DNA of 64,000 bases from Candidatus Zixiibacteriota bacterium. GTDB taxonomy: Bacteria > Chloroflexota > Limnocylindria > QHBO01. Made by a program: the position numbers and the translations under genes. Each line of letters opens with the position of its first letter. Positions within the stretch are counted from its first letter, which is position 1. The stretch is taken from contig DASRYM010000039.1 of the NCBI GenBank assembly GCA_035687145.1, forward strand, positions 1,219 through 65,218, in the 5' to 3' direction. Below the pieces are notes generated by a model. It did no database searches. It was given only the letters and a program-made list of their open reading frames with translations, and was not told the DNA's origin. This document shows positions 59,394-64,000 of this stretch, piece after piece.

Positions 59394-60125
59394 ATGAGGC
59401 TCCCGTACTTCCCGCTGCACGTCGTGGTCTTTCCGCACCTGCCGCTGCCGATCCAGGTCTTCGAGCCGCGGTACCGGGCCATGGCCCGCGACGTGGTCGA
59501 CCCGCGCTCGCCCTACGCGGGCCGCTTCGTGGTGGCCATGATCACCGAGGGCGCCGAGGTCGGCGACGACCCGGAGCAGCCGGTCCGCACCCGGCGGGTC
59601 GGGACCGTGGTGGAGGTGCGCCGCGCCGAGCGCTTCGCCGACGGCCGCTGGGTGCTGCTGGTGGTGGGCGTGGCGCGGGCGCTGCTCGGCGCGGTCGACC
59701 GCAGCGGCCCGTACGCCCTGGTCGACGTGGAGCCGCTTTCCGACGAGACGGGCGATCCCTCGGTGGCCCGCGCGCTGCTGCCCGAGGTGCAGGACGCGCT
59801 CGACGCCTACCTAGAGACCGTGAAACACTTCGTGGCCACCGCGGCGTCCATTGGGGCGGAATCGCAGGAGATCAACGACGTGGCGTCCTCCCTGGACGAG
59901 GTGCTCAAGCCCCTGAGGCTGCCGGACGACCCGTTGGCCGCCAGCTACGCGGTCGCCGGCGTGCTGCAGATCGAGCTGACGCGCAAGCAGCAGCTCCTGG
60001 AACTGCCGGACGCCACCAGCCGCCTGCGGGCCGAGCTGCAGCTCCTCCGCCGCGAGGCGCGGCTGCTGGCCGAAGGCGCCATGCCGCCGGTCAGCACCGC
60101 CGACCTCCGCTACCATCCCAACTGA
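59394..60125 (+). CDS. LON N-terminal (substrate-binding) domain protein
   Basis: LPYFPLHVVVFPHLPLPIQVFEPRY is typical of the Lon N-terminal domain. Confidence 0.7.
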   Translation: MRLPYFPLHVVVFPHLPLPIQVFEPRYRAMARDVVDPRSPYAGRFVVAMITEGAEVGDDPEQPVRTRRVGTVVEVRRAERFADGRWVLLVVGVARALLGAVDRSGPYALVDVEPLSDETGDPSVARALLPEVQDALDAYLETVKHFVATAASIGAESQEINDVASSLDEVLKPLRLPDDPLAASYAVAGVLQIELTRKQQLLELPDATSRLRAELQLLRREARLLAEGAMPPVSTADLRYHPN

Positions 60126-60145
60126 CCCACATCCGAGCTGCGGAA

Positions 60146-61303
60146 ATGACCTCCCCTCGCCTGCGGCGCGCTGCCGCCTGCCTGACGTTCGTCCTGCTCC
60201 TGGCCGCCTGCACCAGCGGCTCCCCGTCGCCGTCGGCCAGCGAGGCGCCGACCTCGCTCGGCCCCGGGCCGTCCACGCCGACCAGCGAGGTGCCGGGCAC
60301 GACCCAGGATCCATCGGCCGGCCCAAGCGCGCCGGTCCAGACGACGTACACGGTCCAGGCGGGCGACACCCTGTTCTCGATCGCCCGGGCGTGGGGCACC
60401 ACCGTCGAGCAGCTGCAGGCCTGGAACGCGGCGGCCTACCCGTCGCTGGCCGACGATCCGAACACCCTGGAGGCCGGCTGGGTGCTGATCGTCAGCGGCG
60501 ACCCGAACGCCACGCCGCTGCCCACGACGCCCCCGACGGCCGCGCCCACCGCCCGTCCGGCCACGCCGGCGCCGACCACCCCGCCGCCGGTGAGCTCCGG
60601 TTGCAGGGCCGGCAACCGCGTCGCGGCCGGGAACCCCCAGACCTTCTACACGGTGCCGAACGCCGGCAACGGGGTTGCCCTGACCCTGGACATGGGCGGT
60701 CGCCTCGACCCGGGCGTCGACATCCTGAACTTCCTGATCGAGAACAGGGTGTGCGTCACCCTGTTCCCCACCGGTGCCATGGCCGATACGCCCCAGGGCC
60801 GGGAGATCATGGCCATCGTGCGGGCCCATCCCGAGCTGTTCGAGCTCGGCAACCACACCATGCACCACTGCGACCTCGTGCGCGGGGGTGGCGGCTCACC
60901 CAGCACCGCGCCGTGCGCCGGCATCACGCCCACCGCCGACTTCATCCGCCGCCAGCTGACCGATGCGGAGGCGATCCTCCGCAGCCTGTCCGGCCAGAAC
61001 CCGCAGCCCTACTGGCGGCCGCCGTTCGGATCGGTCAACCAGGCGGTCATCGACGCGGCCGCATCGGCCGGCTACACGAAGACCTTCATGTGGGACATCG
61101 ACACCATCGACTGGAAGCCGATCAGCCAGGGCGGCCCGACCGCCGAGCAGATGGCGGCCAAGGTCATCACCAACGCCCGCAGCGGGTCCAACGTGCTGAT
61201 GCACCTGGGCGGCTACGAGACGCTGGACGCGCTGCGCATCATGGTCCCCGGCCTGCGCGACCGGGGCTTCCTGCTGACCTCGCTGAGCGACCTGCTGAAC
61301 TAA
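60146..61303 (+). CDS. LysM domain plus polysaccharide deacetylase (NodB homology) lipoprotein
   Basis: Lipobox LLAAC; LysM (YTVQAGDTLFSIARAWG); NodB-type motifs (TLDMGG, HTMHHCD). Confidence 0.75.
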   Translation: MTSPRLRRAAACLTFVLLLAACTSGSPSPSASEAPTSLGPGPSTPTSEVPGTTQDPSAGPSAPVQTTYTVQAGDTLFSIARAWGTTVEQLQAWNAAAYPSLADDPNTLEAGWVLIVSGDPNATPLPTTPPTAAPTARPATPAPTTPPPVSSGCRAGNRVAAGNPQTFYTVPNAGNGVALTLDMGGRLDPGVDILNFLIENRVCVTLFPTGAMADTPQGREIMAIVRAHPELFELGNHTMHHCDLVRGGGGSPSTAPCAGITPTADFIRRQLTDAEAILRSLSGQNPQPYWRPPFGSVNQAVIDAAASAGYTKTFMWDIDTIDWKPISQGGPTAEQMAAKVITNARSGSNVLMHLGGYETLDALRIMVPGLRDRGFLLTSLSDLLN

Positions 61304-61328
61304 GCGGACGGGTGAGCTGCGCCGGTGG

Positions 61329-62693
61329 TCAGCCGCCGGTCTCGGCCATGCCGCTGCGCGGCGCGCGGGCCGCGGACAGCGCCTCGCCGAAGATGGCGAC
61401 CGCGGTGCGCACCAGCTCCTCGTCCACGATGAGCGGCGGGCAGAGGCGCAGGGTGGCCTCGCCGCACTCCAGGACGAGCAGCCCGCGCTCGAAGGCCTCC
61501 TGCTGGACCGCGTTGGCAGCCTCGTGGCTCGCGAACTCGACGCCCACCATCAAACCCCGGCCGCGGATGTCGCGGACCCCGCCGTGCTCCTCGGCTGCGC
61601 GCTCCAGCCCGCTGCGCAGCAGCTCGCCCATGCGCGCGGCATTCTCGACCAGGCCCCCGGCGAGCAGGTCGAAGGTGGCGATGCCGGCGGCGGCGCACAC
61701 CGGGTTGCCGGCGAAGGTCGAGCCGTGGGCCCCGACCGGCCAGGTCCACACCGAGTCGCGGGCGACGAAGGCCCCGATGGGCATCCCCGAGGCGATGCCC
61801 TTGGCAGTGGTCACGATGTCCGGCTCAACGCCGGCGTGCTCCATGGCCCACCAGCGGCCGGTGCGGCCCATCCCCGACTGGATCTCGTCGGCGATGAGCA
61901 GGATCCCGTGCTCGTCGCAGAGGTCACGCAGCCCCTGCAGGAAGGCGGGCGGCGCCGGGAAGTAGCCACCCTCGCCCTGGACGGGCTCGATCACGATGGC
62001 CGCCACGTCCGAGGGCGCCACCAGGCGGCCCAGGATCGAGGTGCGCAGCACCTCCAGCTCGGCGCTGCCGTCGCCGCCGGACCCCTCGCGCCAGGCGCGG
62101 ACCCGCGGGAACGGGGCGTGGTAGACCATCGGCAGCAGCGGCCCGAAGCCGGCGCGCTGCTTGAGCTTCGAGTTGGTCAGGGACAGCGCTCCCAACGTCC
62201 GGCCGTGGAAGGCGCCCTCGAAGGCGATGATCGCCGGCCGATGCGTGTGGTAGCGGGCCAGCTTGATGGCGCCCTCGATCGCCTCCGTCCCGGAGTTGGT
62301 CAGGAAGACGCGGGCCTTCTCCTCGAACGGGGCGATGGACGCCAGGCGCTCGCTGAACTCGAGGTAGCGCGGCTCGTAGAAGTCGGTGGCGGCGATGTGG
62401 ATCAGCCGCTCGGCCTGCTCCCTGATGGCCGCCACCACGGCCGGGTGGGCGTGCCCGGTGCTGGCCACGGCGATGCCGGCGGCGAAGTCCAGGAAGACGT
62501 TGCCGTCGACATCGGTCACCCAGCAGCCGCTGCCGGACTCGGCGACCAGCGGATAGGCCCGGGTCAGGCTGGGCGAGACGATGGCCTCGTCGCGGGCGAT
62601 GATCTCGCGCGCCCGCGGTCCGGGCAGCTCGGTCGTGATCCGCGGTCCCGGCCGGCGGGCAGCCGCGGCGGAGGGGGTGGTCTCGACGCTCAT
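61329..62693 (-). CDS. class III PLP-dependent aminotransferase (4-aminobutyrate aminotransferase-like)
   Basis: Only the C-terminal 454 aa of the 635-aa ORF are genuine. LIADEIQSGMGRTG and TTAKGIASG PLP-Lys motifs. Confidence 0.8.
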   Translation of the reverse strand: MSVETTPSAAAARRPGPRITTELPGPRAREIIARDEAIVSPSLTRAYPLVAESGSGCWVTDVDGNVFLDFAAGIAVASTGHAHPAVVAAIREQAERLIHIAATDFYEPRYLEFSERLASIAPFEEKARVFLTNSGTEAIEGAIKLARYHTHRPAIIAFEGAFHGRTLGALSLTNSKLKQRAGFGPLLPMVYHAPFPRVRAWREGSGGDGSAELEVLRTSILGRLVAPSDVAAIVIEPVQGEGGYFPAPPAFLQGLRDLCDEHGILLIADEIQSGMGRTGRWWAMEHAGVEPDIVTTAKGIASGMPIGAFVARDSVWTWPVGAHGSTFAGNPVCAAAGIATFDLLAGGLVENAARMGELLRSGLERAAEEHGGVRDIRGRGLMVGVEFASHEAANAVQQEAFERGLLVLECGEATLRLCPPLIVDEELVRTAVAIFGEALSAARAPRSGMAETGG

Positions 62694-62742
62694 CGAACCG
62701 GGGTCTCCGAAGCGGAGTGGCGCGTCCTGCCCGCGCCCCTGG

Positions 62743-63846
62743 CTAGACGCCCACCATCGTAGCAGCCGCCTCGCGGCGCGGGCCAGACGGCGCGGGCGGC
62801 AGGTAGGGCACCGCCACCGCCTCGCCGATGAGCCCCGGCCCGCGGTAGACGAGCCCGGTCCACAGCTGGACGAGGTCCGCGCCGGCCTCATAGGCGGCGG
62901 CCACGTCCTGCCCGGAGGAGATCCCGCCCGAGGCCACCAGCACCAGGTCCGGCCCGCCGAGGCGGCGGGCCAGCGCCACGCGGGCCAGCATCGCCTGGCG
63001 CAGTGGCGCGCCGGAGAGTCCGCCCGCCTCGCCGGCGTGCCGGGAGCGCAGCACCGGCCGCGCGACGGTGGTGTTGGACAGGACGAAGCCCGCTGCCCCG
63101 GCGCCGGCCGCGGCCTCCAGGACCGCCGCGAAGGCGGCGTCGTCCAGGTCCGGGGAGAGCTTGACCAGCAGCGGACGCGGGTTGCGCAGCCGGTCGCCGG
63201 CGGCGACCAGTGCGGCGACCAGCTGGCGCACGGCATCGGGGGTTTGAAGGTCGCGCAAGCCGGGCGTGTTCGGCGAGCTGACGTTGACCACCAGGTAGTC
63301 GGCCACCGGCGCGACCAGGCGGTGGGCGGCCAGGTAGTCGTCGACGGTGCGCTCCAGGGGGGTGGTCCGCCCGCGGCCGAGGTTCACACCGACCATGAAG
63401 TCGGCCGGCAAATGGCGGCGGGCCAGCATCACCCGCCTGGCCAGCGCGGCGGCGCCGGCGTTGTTGAAGCCCATGCGGTTGATCAGGGCCGCGTCATCGG
63501 CCAGGCGGAAGAGGCGGGGGCGGGGGTTACCGGCCTGCGGCTCGGCGGTCACCGTCCCGACCTCCGCGAAGCCCAGGCCCAGGGCCGCCCAGCCGCGGAG
63601 CGCGACACCGTCCTTGTCGAAGCCGGCGCCCACCCCGATCCGGTTGCGGAAGCGGAGCCCGACGAGCGGCACCCAGGGCCGCGGACGGCGCGGCGCGCCG
63701 CCGGCCAGCGCCAGCAGCGCCCGCCCGCCGGGGTTCTCCCCGGCGATGCGCAGGGCGTCCACCGTCAGGCGGTGGATCCGCTCAGGCTCGAAGCGGAACA
63801 GGAGGGGGCGTGCCGCCCCGTAGAGCAGGGAGCGCCAGCCGCTCAC
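62743..63846 (-). CDS. pyrD: dihydroorotate dehydrogenase (quinone), class 2
   Basis: GFDKDG, NVSSPNTPGLRDLQ and SGGI motifs of PyrD. GTG start overlapping the upstream stop. Confidence 0.85.
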   Translation of the reverse strand: MSGWRSLLYGAARPLLFRFEPERIHRLTVDALRIAGENPGGRALLALAGGAPRRPRPWVPLVGLRFRNRIGVGAGFDKDGVALRGWAALGLGFAEVGTVTAEPQAGNPRPRLFRLADDAALINRMGFNNAGAAALARRVMLARRHLPADFMVGVNLGRGRTTPLERTVDDYLAAHRLVAPVADYLVVNVSSPNTPGLRDLQTPDAVRQLVAALVAAGDRLRNPRPLLVKLSPDLDDAAFAAVLEAAAGAGAAGFVLSNTTVARPVLRSRHAGEAGGLSGAPLRQAMLARVALARRLGGPDLVLVASGGISSGQDVAAAYEAGADLVQLWTGLVYRGPGLIGEAVAVPYLPPAPSGPRREAAATMVGV

Positions 63847-64000
63847 TCGTCGTGCGCGCGGGGAAACGCCATCTCGGTGGGCCGCACCAGGGGCAGCGGC
63901 TCGCCGCCGGCATCGGCCTCCACCCCCTCGGGCGCCATGAACTCGTGCCAGACCTCGGTGCCGGCGGCCGGCGGGTCGTCCAGCTCCTTGAGCGCCACCA
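63843..64000 (-). CDS. hypothetical protein, 3' end only (gene continues beyond window end)
   Basis: Reverse-strand ORF ending ...PTEMAFPRAHDE* with a stop at 63843-63845. No family assigned. Confidence 0.3.
   Translation of the reverse strand, partial: VALKELDDPPAAGTEVWHEFMAPEGVEADAGGEPLPLVRPTEMAFPRAHDE

Overview
High-GC (about 70%+) bacterial chromosomal segment, probably Actinobacteria-like (F420 reductase, LLM oxidoreductase, LmbE/DinB thiol-type genes, leaderless promoters). ORFs on the opposite strand of real genes are pervasive GC artefacts. I call about 65 protein genes and one tRNA-Asp. Content is mostly metabolic housekeeping. It includes a phnDCEE phosphonate ABC transporter. Tyrosine catabolic genes (hppD, hmgA, an FAH-family hydrolase) are scattered. 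A long minus-strand operon couples leucine catabolism (HTH-fused MCC alpha, HMG-CoA lyase) to a nucleoside hydrolase and an ECF transporter, with MCC beta and an enoyl-CoA hydratase nearby. There is a GABA/aldehyde module (two ALDHs, a GabT-like aminotransferase, fumarase). Also present are TrkAH, thyX, pyrD, fabI, an M36 fungalysin-type secreted metallopeptidase, and regulators of the Crp and GntR families. No transposase, integrase, CRISPR array or recognisable defence system was found. The most notable non-genic signal is a family of at least 8 copies of a 21-27 bp palindromic element (consensus GAAGTGTTCsGATsATCsGAACACTTC). It occurs in promoter regions, in a convergent 3' gap, and once in-frame inside the MCC alpha coding sequence, flanked there by a 7-bp direct repeat. 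Other oddities: an excisionase/MerR-like HTH fused to the N-terminus of the MCC alpha (biotin carboxylase) subunit; a DinB-like domain fused to a threonine dehydratase next to tyrosine-catabolism genes; many ATGA/GTGA translationally coupled junctions; and overlapping divergent start codons.
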